Position numbers and translations under genes: made by a program | Shown: positions 25,170 to 39,989 of the stretch, one piece after another | Layout of the letters: every line of letters begins with the position of its first letter | How positions within the stretch are numbered: the first letter of the stretch is position 1 | Notes under the pieces: generated by a model | Told to the model about the DNA's origin: nothing | Seen by the model: only the letters and a program-made list of their open reading frames with translations | Database searches by the model: none | Source: Eledone cirrhosa | Taxonomy: Eukaryota | NCBI GenBank assembly: GCA_964016885.1 | Contig: OZ024755.1 | Span: 11,842,001 to 11,906,000 of the forward strand | Length of the DNA stretch: 64,000 nt | Direction of reading: 5' to 3'

Positions 25170-25445
25170 AGCACATAGCTTAATGGTTAAAGCATTCGGC
25201 CTACGTTAGCCAAATGGTGCGTTAGGTTTCTGGCTGAGCTTTGTGTCCTTGAGTAAGACGCTTTTTCACCTTGTTGTCTACTCTGCTGGTGAAATCAGTT
25301 GTACCTGTATTTCAAAGAAGGGTCAGCTTTGTCACTCGTTATGTCACAATGAATCTCCCAGAAATCTACGTTATGGGTACACGTGTCTATGGAATGTAGA
25401 ACAACTTGCAAGTTAATTTTAGAAGAAGGCTGTTCTGTTGATTGT
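25170..25445 (+). mobile_element. SINE family 2
   Basis: tgtgtccttgagtaagacg core and gttgtacctgtatttcaaag body. Confidence 0.7.
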
Positions 25446-25620
25446 ACGTAAATAAAAAGATTGAGGTAGCGGGAGAGAATTTTTTTCCGTAGAGAATTGG
25501 AATATAATAAATGTCTTCTACAGAAATAACATTGTTTCATTCCGCTGAAATCCTAATGATTTTAACCGAATGAAACAGTCATAATTCTGTAAAAGTCATT
25601 ACCATCTGAAATGTCAGAGA

Positions 25621-25802
25621 ATTGGTAGTATTGGTAGAGGGTTGGACGCCATGCTTTCTAGCATAGGTACGTCCCTTTACGGTCTGAGTTCAAATCCCTT
25701 CGAGGTCAACTTTGCCTTACATCCTTACGGGGTCGATAAAATAAAGTACCAGTAATGTACTGGGTAATTGCTGGCCTTTTGCCAAACGTAGAAACAATTA
25801 TA
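25621..25802 (+). mobile_element. SINE family 1
   Basis: Near full-length match to the 4925 copy. Confidence 0.9.
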
Positions 25803-27693
25803 TATAATATATATATGTATATAAATAAAGTGTTTTGCTCAAAGACGTCAATACATGGATCGGTCCGAGAATCGAACTCACGATCGTTAACCCAGCACAC
25901 TTGCCACTAAACCAAGTGCATTCAGCTACAGACTAATATCGATTAATTTAATTATATCCATAGCTCTAAATGTGTACTATGTGTTTAAAAGAGTAAATGT
26001 TTTCAAAGTGCTAAGACCTTATATTTAAATCTAGGTTTATGGGGTGATACAAATATGATATATCAAGCATGCATCCCACGCGACTGAATCGAACTTGGGG
26101 CCTCACGATTAACCATTTTACCAAGCTGCATCGGAAAAATTATTAATACAACAAAAGAGAAAATTTATTTAAATTGCGCGTAGAGGGAGATGTATGAGTA
26201 ATAAATTAATAAATAAATAAATAGATTAAGAAATAAAGAATGAAAGAAAAAGAAAGAAAGAACGATGAAAGTCGTAAAATATTGGAGAGGGGCAGTATTT
26301 GTAGTAAAGCTAGACAGTTTGAATAATGACATTTGATAATTTATCTAATTAAATTATACAATAAACTTAATACTGAATATTTCATATCGTGCTAACTAAA
26401 GCTATTGAGCTTGAGACAAACATGGCTGTGTGGCGAAAGAATTTGCTTCGCAATCATATAGTTTTGGATGCTCTCCTATAGTGGGTGCAAGGTGTACAAG
26501 AGTCTTCTACTATAACCACGAAAAGTGTTGTCTCCAGAAATAATCTACCCGAATAGCAAGAGACTGAACAATGTTGTATTTAATAGCAGTAGTAGTAGTA
26601 TCAAGAGAAATCGGATATGATCCTTAATACAGTCAGATCCTCTGTCAAATTTCATCCGAAAATAGGAGGAAAAAATAAATTATATAAAATTAGAAAAAAA
26701 GACTAATCATTACTGGGCAATGTAGAAAACGGAGGGTCAAATACGAAGGAGAAGGACAGCCAAAAATAAAAAAGTTATATCAATGAAATGAAAACATTGC
26801 GGAAGCAATGGAACAGTTTAAACTAGTTTTTTAAAAGCTGTGCCGCGACGCATTGGTGTACCGCAGGGGTTTCTAGGTGCACTTTTGATGTAAAAAATAT
26901 TTTAATGCTTTAGAAAATCAATGTACATCCTAGATATTCTTGAAAAACGAATTATTCATTATATGGATAATGGAAGATACCAATAGTTTCTATATTTCGT
27001 TGTCGAAATACTTAACTTAAACAGTTTTTCTTTTGACTTTCAATGAGAACTGTACTCATAATTGTATTTGATTTGATCTCCAATGCGCTCTGAATTGAAA
27101 ACATATTCAGAAACATTGGTTTAAACAAATCATATCATCAAAAGCACAGGGGATATAACGCAGAGAAATCCGTGAACACATCTTCGAATACAACAAGATA
27201 TTCGAATCAAATATCTAAAGACATTTACAAGGAATGGAAGAGGAGTTAACATAAAAAGAAATACAAGAATACTGAGATGGAATATGATACTGAAATACTA
27301 ATCACACTCACACACAACCACCGCCACCACCATCAAAACCACCACCACAATCAGACAAATATTCATTAGAAAGGAGGGGTAAAAAATAACATGTGCTTGC
27401 ATAGTCGACCGTAGTCGGAAAGAGGTTTACCAGCACTTAAGAAATGCAAGGAATTAGAAAGAACCTGAAATTGACATGGTCACCTATTTCTGGTTGCAGC
27501 TCTTTAATTGTTGCCATGAGGCTCGATGAGGATACATATATGTCAAATATATAAGAACCCTAGAGAAAATCGTGAGCAACGTCAGGCCATTCTGCTAGTA
27601 ATTACTAAAACCAAAGTCCGAAGAAGGATCTTTGCAAAAAATTTAATCTGTACTACTACTACTAATATGTGTGTATATATATATATATATATA

Positions 27694-27789
<96 letters not shown>

Positions 27790-27981
27790 TATATATACAT
27801 GTGATCCGGCTTGTATATTCAATTATATATATGAAATGCTTATGTCAATAAACAACCTAATAACCTCGCTGCGAATTTTTAAAGTCTGTGATCAGGTCAG
27901 TACTATTCTTAGCAACAAAGGGGTAACAGCCAGACGGATATATATTATATATATATACACGTATATATACACATATATAAG

Positions 27982-28012
<31 letters not shown>

Positions 28013-28056
28013 CACACACACACATATATATTCATTTATTATGGCTAAATAGTGAG

Positions 28057-28104
28057 TCTTGTTACTCTGGTGTTTCACTTTCTTGCTCAGGGTCATCAGA
28101 CAAA
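28057..28104 (-). ncRNA. Type I hammerhead ribozyme (family F)
   Basis: Minus strand: ttttgt-CTGATGA-ccctgagcaagaaagt-GAAA-caccagag-TA-acaaga. Homologous to the 18830 element; stem II is degenerate. Confidence 0.6.
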
Positions 28105-28305
28105 AAAAAAATGTATGTATATATATATATATGGTGTGTTTGTGTATGTGTGTATGCGCGTGTAAGTATGCATGTATTTATATATGTATATCATTTCATT
28201 TACCACACATTTGTGTGTTGTTACATTTTTAGGAGGGGGTGTACGATAATGTGATATCAATATATGATACATGATGTATATATATATATATGCACACATA
28301 TATAT

Positions 28306-28339
<34 letters not shown>

Positions 28340-29171
28340 GTACATAATATATATCTGTGTGTATGTGCGTGTACATGTGTGTATACATAAACAAAATGAA
28401 AACTATTTATTACAAAAAAAATGGCGGCAGAATTCACCAGGGCAAGTAATTGGGTATTTTTAAACACTCACTTGCCAAAGGAACCCTCATTAAACGCAGT
28501 AGCTCTCTAGCTATCTGTCTATCTACCTATCTATATCTGTTTGTCGGTATATCTGTCAGTATATATATATCTTTCTATCCATGTGTTTCTTTATATATAT
28601 ATATATATATATCTTCCTATATATCTATCTTTCTATCAATTTATCTATGTATTAGTAAGGTTGTCTCTGTGACTATATATCCATCTCTATTCCCTGTGTT
28701 CTCTCACAATTACCGATAGAGCAGTGTCATCTGAAAGGCAACAAAACGACAATGAAACTCTCCCCTTATTTACTGCACTATGAAGAGATAATGATATATA
28801 AAAATGTAACCAGGATTACGTTTAACCCTTTTAGTTGAAGTGTGTTGTAGAGAAAGAGGAGATCTTTTGTTTTATGTCACTGTACGCAGCTAATATGCAT
28901 CAAGTTGAAGGGAAAAAGGGGTCAGTGAGATAGAGAGAAAGAAAGGGAGAAAGGCAACTCTGAAGAATGCATTCCGTAACCAATTCACTGAAAAATGATT
29001 AGAGAACTGATAAATATCTTTCGGGCTATTTATCTGTAATGGATTGGCCTTATATGTATATATGTGGGTGGGTGTGTGTATACACAAACACATACACTAA
29101 TATATACACATATATTCACACACACACATATATATACATATATAAAAACACATACATATATATATACATAC

Positions 29172-29224
<53 letters not shown>

Positions 29225-29300
29225 CATACAATACATATATATATATATGTGTGTATATATATATATATACATATAATATATGTGTATATAAACACATATA

Positions 29301-29434
<134 letters not shown>

Positions 29435-29507
29435 TATATATATATTATCGAGCCCTCTTTGGATTTTAGTCATCAAATGTATTATTATTACTATATGTAT
29501 ATATTTA

Positions 29508-29567
<60 letters not shown>

Positions 29568-29618
29568 CATACAATATATATATGTGTGTATATATATACA
29601 TATAATATATGTGTATAT

Positions 29619-29670
<52 letters not shown>

Positions 29671-29878
29671 ATGTGCATGCCTATGTGTGTGTGTTTGTAT
29701 ATACAAACACATATATATATATACACACAAATATATATATACACACACATATTTATATGCTACCATCCCGCTGCTCATAACATGACCAATGAAAGTGAAG
29801 TTGCTGATAACATAAAACGAACAGTAAAACAAAATAACAAAATGATGATTTCTCAGAGATGACAATGAACAGAGTCAT

Positions 29879-29910
<32 letters not shown>

Positions 29911-29964
29911 CTTATATACATATACATACATGCATACATGTACACATGCATACATATATACATG

Positions 29965-30044
<80 letters not shown>

Positions 30045-30066
30045 TGCATGCATACATATATATGTA

Positions 30067-30121
<55 letters not shown>

Positions 30122-30267
30122 TTAATGATGTAGCATGTTGAGGGAGTTATAAACTCAGGTTTATGTTGCTTTTATAGATTTACAGCTACTTTATACACGA
30201 CAGACACAAGATTCCAGCACACACACAACATAGAGACATACACTAGATCCACACGCTCCATCTATTA

Positions 30268-30555
30268 ATAATAATTGTTTCTACTTTTGGCACAAGGCCA
30301 GCTATTACCCCAGTGTATTACTGGTACTTTCTTTTATCGACGTTGTAAGGATGAAAGGCAAAGTCAAGTCAACCTCGGCGGGATTTGAACCCAGAATCGC
30401 AAGGGCCGTAACTCAATGCGTCAAAGCATGGCATCCGACCCTCTACCGATACTGCCAATCCACCTTCCATCTAATAAAAATAATTGTTTTTACTTCAGGC
30501 ACAAGGCCAGCAATCACCCAGTGCATTACTAGTACTTTATTTTATCGCCCCCGAA
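30268..30555 (-). mobile_element. SINE family 1, full plus partial copy
   Basis: Reverse-complement cores at 30268-30464 and 30480-30555. Confidence 0.88.
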
Positions 30556-30665
30556 AGGCAGTATATATATATATATGTGTGTAGGAGGTGAGTTTTATTG
30601 TAGCACAATAAAGCAATGCAATATATCCATCTCACTTTATTTTTCATATACTGATTTAACTCTTC

Positions 30666-30965
30666 ACTCCTTTGTTCTGTCCTACGCCATTTTGTTTTTC
30701 ACAAAACAAAATGGCGTAGGACAGAACAAAGGAGAGGCACAGAAACAAAGAAAGGAATCCCCAGTCACTGAAGAGGTCACAGAGTGTGTGACGAAAGGAC
30801 TATGACTATATATAAACAACTATCTGGTTGTGGAACCAACCAACCAACCAGAAATTTATAAATTTATAAACTTGTAAATTTATAAATATATAATAAACTG
30901 AAGTGAAAGCAACTGGTGCGTGTGTTTCTTATTGGCAATATGACCCTCCCAAAGTATAACAATAT
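30666..30965 (+). mobile_element. Penelope-like family A 3' end with a 5' foldback and a hammerhead
   Basis: Hairpin at 30666-30734. Hammerhead agtca-CTGAAGA(30768)-ggtcacagagtgtgtgac-GAAA-ggac-TA-tgact. Terminus gaccctcccaaagtataacaa(TA)n. Confidence 0.8.
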
Positions 30966-30981
30966 ATATATATAGTTAATC

Positions 30982-31093
30982 AATAAACAACATAAGATAA
31001 TTATTTCATTTACCAGTGGTTTCTTGAAGACAGATATTTAACCATTTACCACTGGTAAATGAAATAATTATCTTATGTTGTTTATTACATAAC
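30982..31093. mobile_element. Short family B foldback lacking the 5' half of the hammerhead
   Basis: aataaacaacataagataattatttcatttaccagtggt and its inverse; same sequence as the 3462-3713 arms. Confidence 0.8.
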
Positions 31094-31157
31094 CTAAAAG
31101 GTCTGTAGCCCACATAGAGCACTCTCTTTTCCTTTACCTTTCCTACGGAAATACTTC

Positions 31158-31224
<67 letters not shown>

Positions 31225-31245
<21 letters not shown>

Positions 31246-31299
31246 GCATATATATATAAAGAATTAGTATATCTACCAACATATATATACAGATGCATA

Positions 31300-31364
<65 letters not shown>

Positions 31365-31420
31365 GCATATATATATAAAGAATTAGTATATCTACCAACA
31401 TATATATACAGATGCATACC
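31225..31420. repeat. Tandem duplication of a ~120-bp microsatellite-containing unit
   Basis: ggcatatatatataaagaattagtatatctaccaacatatatatacagatgcatacc occurs twice. Confidence 0.85.
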
Positions 31421-31490
31421 TATGCTAGCAAATATATAGGTTTTGTCTTAGGAACTTTGTGGTTCAATGCAAGGGGATGCAGAACAATAA

Positions 31491-31587
31491 TATGAAAGAC
31501 GTAAAATAAGAAAATTATAAAAATTAACTTAGTTGGAGTGAAATTTTAGTAAGTAAGTTAATTTTTATAATTTTCTTATTTTACGTC

Positions 31588-31594
<7 letters not shown>
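31491..31594. repeat. ~100-bp palindrome abutting (TA)n
   Basis: tatgaaagacgtaaaataagaaaattataaaaattaactta with its exact inverse. Confidence 0.85.
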
Positions 31595-31653
<59 letters not shown>

Positions 31654-32069
31654 ATGATGATGATGGCTGCCCCCTCGTTATCGAGTATGGCCATTGCACG
31701 ATATACCATTATTAATAATTGTTAATTAATTCTATCGTGCAATGCCTGTGCATGAAGATTTTTTTAAAGTGAGGAAAGACTGTGCACTGAGCCAATCCCA
31801 CTCTGTGAGCGACAGTAGCTATAACCCCAAAAGAAGCAAAGATCAACATCATCGGTAACTACTGAGCTGCATGTTTTATATCGGAGTTATCCCAGTGTGT
31901 AAATATGTATTTGCACATGTACATATGTATGTATTGGTGCATGTGTATGTATATGCGCGGGGACACCAGATCGCGCAGTTAAACCACTGGGAGTGAAAGA
32001 CCCCTAGCCTTTGTCAGGACATTCTTCTAGGAGATGGCAACTCAAGAAACTGGGATAACATATATATAT

Positions 32070-32144
<75 letters not shown>

Positions 32145-32221
32145 CAGGGTGTTGGAAAACATTTGATGTCATTGGCCTTTCCAAAGTTTGTCACCTTAAA
32201 ATATATATTGTGAATTAATAT

Positions 32222-32407
32222 TATAATTGTTTCTACTTTAGGCACAAGGCCAGCAAATACCCAGTGCATTACTGGTTCTTTATTTTATCGACCCCGTAAG
32301 GATGAAAGGCAAAGTTAACCTCGGCGGGATTTGAACACAGATCGTAAAGGGACGTAACTCTGCTGGAAATAATGGTGCCCAACCCTCTACCGATACTGCC
32401 AATCCAC
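32222..32407 (-). mobile_element. SINE family 1
   Basis: Near full-length reverse-complement copy. Confidence 0.9.
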
Positions 32408-32706
32408 AATATTATAATGTTGACAAATTTTGAGTAATAAATCTTATGTTGTGGATCTCTAGGAAAATTTATATAAAAAAAGAGGCCCTTGCGAACCATG
32501 GTTGTACTAGGCTGACCATTTTCTTCTGACAGTCTGGAATAAGAATATGAAGCTGTTGCTAAGTCACAGATATGAGGAATATTGCAGGGCGATAGCGATA
32601 AAGTTCAGCGTTCCAATTATTTTTCTTTTACGTTTAATACAAGGCTTAGCTTTGAGATGCATTCTATGTATGTGTGTGTGTATGTATGTATGTATGTATA
32701 TATGTA

Positions 32707-32783
<77 letters not shown>

Positions 32784-33054
32784 CTGTATGTCTGTATGTG
32801 TGTATAAGGTAAAGGCCCCCTAACTCCTTATGAATAGTAGTAGCGTCGTCTAGACACCCGGCGTGCCTGGGATATTTTAAAAACGCGGCCAATTTCTTCC
32901 AGATATAAAAGAGAGTAAGAGGTAAGAGGGTAGATCCCGCCGCAAGACTTGATTGGTGTTTTTTATCGCTCTCGAAAGAATGGAAGGCAAATTCGATCTT
33001 GAACGATTGTTCGACAGACATCATTGGGGATTGTGAGACAGTGTTTGAAAACTT

Positions 33055-33119
<65 letters not shown>

Positions 33120-33848
33120 AAAGTTGATAATGAGTAGAGAAGTCAGGCTGTTCTGACATATGTTGTGGGTGTTTTCGGATGCTGCTGAAGGCGAGAGCAG
33201 AATGGTACGATCTCATTAGAGCATTGTTTAAGCATCTTTGTTTAAAAGTCGTGTACAACTTTTCGTAAGATATCGCTATGGCGTATGTGCAAAAGATCAT
33301 CGCCGTCTGAAAGTTGTATTGAAGAAAGAAGTAAATGTTATGTAACAGTATGTCGTTCATTATGGTAGAAATAAATATATATAGAGAGAGAGAGCGGGAG
33401 AAAAAGAGAAAACGCCCGTGAGCCTGTAAACGACCGCCCGCGTTGGACCTCCATCAGTTCCGACGACGAGTATTCCAATTATTCGATTAAAAAAAAAAAA
33501 AAAAATCAACCCGTTCTGCCACCCAATATAATATTAGTGATCCAAGAATCACAGTCTATGAAACTATGTTGAGTAGTGAATTTTCCGTTGCTCCTCGCGT
33601 ATTTCAGACATTATTTAAAACTTGTCTGACGCATAATGAACAAATATTTAATGACATTGTGTGTGTGTGAGAGAGAGGGGGTGGAGGGTGGTGAGGGAGG
33701 GAGAGGGGCAAAGAAGGAGAGGATGAGAGAGAACGGAAGAGAGAGAGAGGGGGGCGGTTGTGTGTGGGGGTGTAGAACCTCACCATCTGTTATGACTAGT
33801 GTTCTATTATTTCGATCAGAAAACAGCCTGCTCATAAAATTACCGTGC

Positions 33849-34140
33849 GCGAGTACCAGATAGTATCAGCAATGGAAAGACCAATGGAAACATTGTTACC
33901 TTGGTTTAATCTGATGATCCGCTCCTTTCCTTTCTTCTACCAAGAATCGCGAGTACCAGATAGTATCAGCAATGGAAAGACCAATGGAAACATTGTTACC
34001 TTGGCTCAATCTGATGATCCGCTTCTTTCCTTTCTTCTGTCAAGAATTGCAGCTGGCAGATAGTAACAGCAATGGATAGATGAATGGAAACATTGCTACC
34101 TTGGTCCGATTTGATGATCAGCTCTTTTCCTTTCCTTCCA
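33849..34140. repeat. 100-bp tandem repeat, ~3 copies
   Basis: gcgagtaccagatagtatcagcaatggaaagacc at 33849 and 33949, with a diverged third copy. Confidence 0.9.
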
Positions 34141-35355
34141 CAACCTCTGTAAAACCTATGCTATATTCGATTGTCTGGTGTAAGCATCATCCTTTTATCG
34201 CACGTGTAGTCGTACTACGTCGATTTAATCTTCAAACAATATCTGTTTCGAACGAATTTAGAATTTCAAAATTCTTATTCCCCCATCTCAAAACAAAGCG
34301 TAAACAAACCAAAAATAAAAGAAAACTAAAATCAAGAAAATCGATAAAAGAAAACAAAACAAACCTAAACAGATAACTGACTTTTAAAGAAAGTGAAATT
34401 TTAGAATATTAAATAATTTAGCAAGTTATGAAAGTTATGATTTAACACACTCTAAGCTAAAAGAACGAAAACATTCTAGAAGATTCTTGCGTCTAGAAGA
34501 ACATTCCACTGAGAAATGAAAAATTTATACACAAGTTTTCCTTCATTTAGGTCTCTTCTGTTTATTTTTAGTTCCATCTTTGTTGTTTATTTGTTATTAT
34601 TTTTGTTTTTTTTTCTCCTCTTCCTCTTCTTCCTTTCAGTTTGTCTCTATTTTTCGATAATTTTATACTGATTCTCAGATAAACTCTATATAACATGTAC
34701 CTCAGATGAAATCCCATCGGGTCTCAATGTTACGTTCTATACCTCCTAGGTCAATATTATGTTTATACCCTGGTCAATCTACTAGATTTTACTATTCTTA
34801 TATAAAACCAGACATATTCCTCAGATACTAAACCTTATGAGAATTGTAGAAACAAGATGAAAGCTACTGACTAGTATTGAACACAACGTCCCGGTTTCAA
34901 TTTTGCTTTATATGCAAATCACGTTACCTGTGTGTTGAACCCCTGTCGGTTCTAACGAGGACTGCTCCACGGACTTGAAATTGGCGGTTAAGTAGCTGAA
35001 CATAATATAACCATGTACTTCTCAGGAAGATTAAGCATGACTGTGTGACAGGGCTGGATAATTGACTAGTAGACTGTCCTTTCGTGGGAAATAACAGGCC
35101 TAAAAATGACCAGGGACATTCTTAAATAGCAGCACTTTGTACTCAGCCATAAGCTGAGTTAACGTTTCCTTTCCTTTTTAACCTGTAACTATGGGTAGAG
35201 TCGTAGGGGGGGGGGGGGGGCATAGTAACATACGGCATTTCTTGGGTACTTTTTAAACGTCACGGAGCCCATCTTCTCTTCAGCTCTAGACAAAGCCGAT
35301 TTATTTCAGAGAGAGAGAGAGAAAGAGAGAGAGAGGGAGGAAGAGAGAGAGGGAT

Positions 35356-35416
<61 letters not shown>

Positions 35417-35422
35417 GAGACG

Positions 35423-35469
<47 letters not shown>

Positions 35470-36781
35470 AAAGAGATATAGAGAAAGAATTGATCCTAAT
35501 ACTGGTTGGTATTTTTTTTATCGAGATCGAAAGGACGAAAAGCATGGTTGACTTTAACTGGATTTGAACTACGAGCGCAGAGAGTCGGAATGAATACCGT
35601 AAAGCATTCTATTCGACGTTCTAACAGCTCTCGCAATTTGCCGCCATGAAATAATGATTAGAAGTACTCCGAATTATTAGGTCATGACATGTTTCCAGTT
35701 GAAACACATTTCTCTATTTTCCTGTTAGAAATGTTTAAATGTTTAAGTACGTTTTGAACTTAGCATGGAATGATTATTTGAAACGATTCATTTAGTAATA
35801 CCCGCTGTCATGGTAAAAAAACGGACTCGAAATATTGTACTAACTAGTGGAACCGTGCTTTCAGTAATGACATAGAGCAGTGAACCTATTTAATGTTTGG
35901 ACTCCAGGCTTAGTATGCAATATATGTCAAGATTTCTGGATATGTGGACAATTATACACAATGGAAAATTACATTTTGATGAATTAATGATTTTCACAAC
36001 ATAAACCCGATAGTTTTATGTTGATTACCAACGCGTGGAAGGGATTAAATATAAAAATGATATTTTGATCATTTATTTCTAAGATATAATTACATATTAC
36101 ACATATGTTCAACATATATGAACACATGACATTCAAGATTAAACGTGTATGTTAGTCTTGAAAAATAACTATTTCATGGGGACAAATGTCTAGTTAAAAC
36201 CCAGGACCTAGAGACTAGGAAGTGATATAGAGAGGAAATGCATATTGGGTATGCGTATTTGTTTGTGAGTGTAAATTTTAAAGCATTACAGACAAATATA
36301 TGTATATTGGCACCAGCATTAAGTTAGCGTTGTGTACAATAGAGGTGGATTTGAAAACATATACGATATGTTTATGTACAATAAACAAATGAGAGCCTTC
36401 CTATAAAAAAAAAAAAATATTTTTCTTGTTCTGTGAACATGTAACAGGTATCTCAGTAGCCGTTGAGAATGACAGACAACTGATTCTAGATTCGTTAATC
36501 TCTCATTACTGACATTCACTCAACCGGTACTAAGGTGAAAATAGACTAGAGCCTATATAGATTTTACGTACTGAACATTTACTGGATATGCTCAGGATGT
36601 GCTCAGGATGTACTCAGGATGTGCTCATTTGCATATAACAAAAAGAAAACATCAGCTGGAAATGCTTATTTGCATATAGTACGAAATGGCTGTTAGTAAT
36701 TTTGGAGATAGCGTTGTGCATAATATGGATATTATGTTTGATGTATTAGAAGGTTAAATATTAACAAATTAAGAGGCATTA

Positions 36782-36913
36782 GTCCCTTTACGATCTGAGT
36801 TCAAATCCCGCCGAGGTTGACTTTTGCCTTTCATCCTTAAGGGGTCGATAAAATAAAGTACCAGTAATACACTGGGTAATTGCTGGCCTTGTGCCTAAAG
36901 TAGAAACAATTAT
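36782..36913 (+). mobile_element. SINE family 1, 5'-truncated
   Basis: B box, core and tail present. Confidence 0.88.
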
Positions 36914-38277
36914 TTGGCTTCTGTTAATCCACTACCAATAACAACAACGAAATTTAGCCAGAGATTAGGCATTCTCCGTAGATTGATTAAATCGATCCAA
37001 GTATATTACATTTACATATCGATTCTTGTTATCTAAATCAAAACATAGAGAAGAGATAGATCTACATGCCACAAAATGTTCAATTGATACTCTATCTATG
37101 TTGTTACTTGTCATATAACAACTGTAAAAACAGGTTATAATCTAGATACACGGCTAACAGGTTTAGAGGAAAGGAAAATCGATTATAACCACCCCAGTGT
37201 GTGATAGGTATTTTATTTTATCGATACCATAAGGGGGAAAGGCAAAGTTGACATCGGCAGTGTTTGAACTCAGAACTAAGTTGGAAGAATCCCCGTAAAA
37301 TATTTTTTAGGCGCTCTAACGATTATGCCATTCCACCACTAAAATAATAATTCTTTCTAAAATTCGCACAAGATCAGCAAAGGCAGACAAGCATGCATGG
37401 GTAACTAGTGGCCTTCCACAATACACTTTGTCCAGAGAGGAACATTCCTAATGCAAACTCATGGTCATCCATAACCGAAGAAGACCCTAAACTCTCCCAA
37501 AATGTTCAACTGATTGCGAGAAATAGATAATGATTTCTAACATTGGTCCAAGACCTAAACAATATTGGGGAAGACAAATACGGTTAACCCGACCCCAACA
37601 TTTTACCAGAACTTTATTCTGTGGAATCCAGATAGACGAAAGACAATTTCACTCAGAATATTTGAACACAGTATGTAAAGTGCCGAAACTAAATACTTCA
37701 AGACAGTATACTCGCTTTGAATCCACCACACTGAAACAAACAGAAATAAATTCTGAATATTTAGAGGCACATTAATTTCTGAAATAGTTTCAAGGCCTCA
37801 AATCTACTGAAAGGTATAACAGATCATAGCGAGTCAATTGTTTGAGTGGTACTTCATTGTATTGGCCTTAGCAAGGATGAAAGGGAATAGGAAGGTTTAG
37901 TAGGGTGGAAACAGCAATAATATGTTTTGCACAATTTATATAATTTTGCGATCGGTAGTCATCTCTTACTGAAATCGATTTTGCTTTCCTCCCTCATTAT
38001 GAGATTCAAAAGATACATATCATAAGTACCACAATCGATTAATTACCATAATTACTGGTTTGATTAAATCGAATCAAACTCTTCCTCAAAATATATTGTA
38101 GTTTCTAAACATAGATAACATTTACATTGGCAACAACAGATGTCAGCAGCAGCTGTTTTATTGATTTCTACGTTTGGCACAAGGCCAGTAATAGGACTGG
38201 GAAGAAAGCGTTGATGAAATCGACCCCAGTATTTGATTTTGCTATTGTATCTGCATATCTATCTATCTCCCCCACCC

Positions 38278-38500
<223 letters not shown>

Positions 38501-38959
38501 CGGTTTAAGATAGAATTGGCCGAATACGTTTTACTAACTACTTATAACATGCGTGTTAAACCCCTTTAATTCTGTATCAGTTCTGGTACTACTCAATTTC
38601 TACAAGTTTTTTCTATTCTCAACTTATTAACCTGTAATTGTAAGATAACATTATGATTTTTTTATTCATTTCTCACTATCTAATTTTATATATTTTTTTA
38701 TTTCTTTCTATTATCTTTTATTATCTCCTACTCTCATTCGATTTACCTATTCTATAACCTCCCTCTTCCACTTCATACACTATCCTTAGAATCTGCTGTA
38801 TACATATCACTTTCAACGCTTGTCCGCTCCACTCACTCCCCTATTGTTCTACAGGCAAGTTTAGCCACCCCTACCTCCCACCAAATGCCATGATAGACTT
38901 ATTTGTGTTTACAACAAATTTTAACCAATCCTCTTGACAACTACAATCTTCCCATATAA

Positions 38960-39073
38960 GGAAGTACCCCCTTGAAAAGTTCCAGCTATTTATTCACCAG
39001 GCTAAAAATTCTAATTTAGTCCAGAAATAGCCGTCGAAACGGCTTCAGCTCTGCCGTCGGGGTCATACTTTTT

Positions 39074-39077
<4 letters not shown>
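38960..39077 (+). ncRNA. Decayed family C hammerhead at an element 3' end in (TA)n
   Basis: acccc-cttgaaaa (mutated core)-..gctattt...aaatagccgtc-GAAA-cggc..gccG-TC-ggggt. Confidence 0.55.
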
Positions 39078-39146
<69 letters not shown>

Positions 39147-39191
39147 AAGTTAAATAAAAAGTCAAATGATTAAAATTTACCTTCGTTTATT

Positions 39192-39246
39192 ACTGCTATA
39201 TATATTTCAGTGACATCCATCTTTGGCTGTGACCTCTTCAGGCAGT
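39192..39246 (-). ncRNA. Type I hammerhead ribozyme (family G) in an element bounded by (TA)n (39141-39440)
   Basis: Minus strand: actgc-CTGAAGA-ggtcacagcca..tggatgtcact-GAAA-tatata-TA-gcagt. Confidence 0.78.
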
Positions 39247-39436
39247 TTGAAGAAGTATGGTATAGGCTAGTACATATGTTGTTGAGGTGTATAATATTAT
39301 CAATACTCTGATATGCCCAGTTCCTGGTTGGGTTGTTATTTCACTGAGGAACTGGAATCAAACCAACCTGCGCACCACGTCGAGTGCTCCAGCCTGCATA
39401 CTGAGGTGTTGGTATACAACCAACATAAACTCAAAA

Positions 39437-39484
<48 letters not shown>

Positions 39485-39531
39485 AATGAAGTAATTCCGT
39501 CGGAAAAGTCCAGGTAAAAAGAGTACATAAC

Positions 39532-39679
<148 letters not shown>

Positions 39680-39925
39680 CTATCCATCCATCTATCTCTC
39701 TTTATTACTCACTTCCTCATTCTGTACTGTGAAGTATCAAAGTCTATTGCGACATCCAACAATGCATCTATTGTCTGTTATATTATTTTTCTATCCTGTA
39801 ATATTCTTGATATACTTTCTCCCCACATTTCATATTATTGCATATAACTAATACCCATGTTGGTGAATGGAAAAGATAGAGGTAGAAGGCTAGATGGCTG
39901 TGAAGGGAGAGAGGTGGGGAGGGAG

Positions 39926-39989
<64 letters not shown>

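Noticed and set aside
33911-34000. CTGATGA and GAAAC inside the 100-bp tandem repeat as a hammerhead
   Set aside because: No convincing stem I or stem II pairing.
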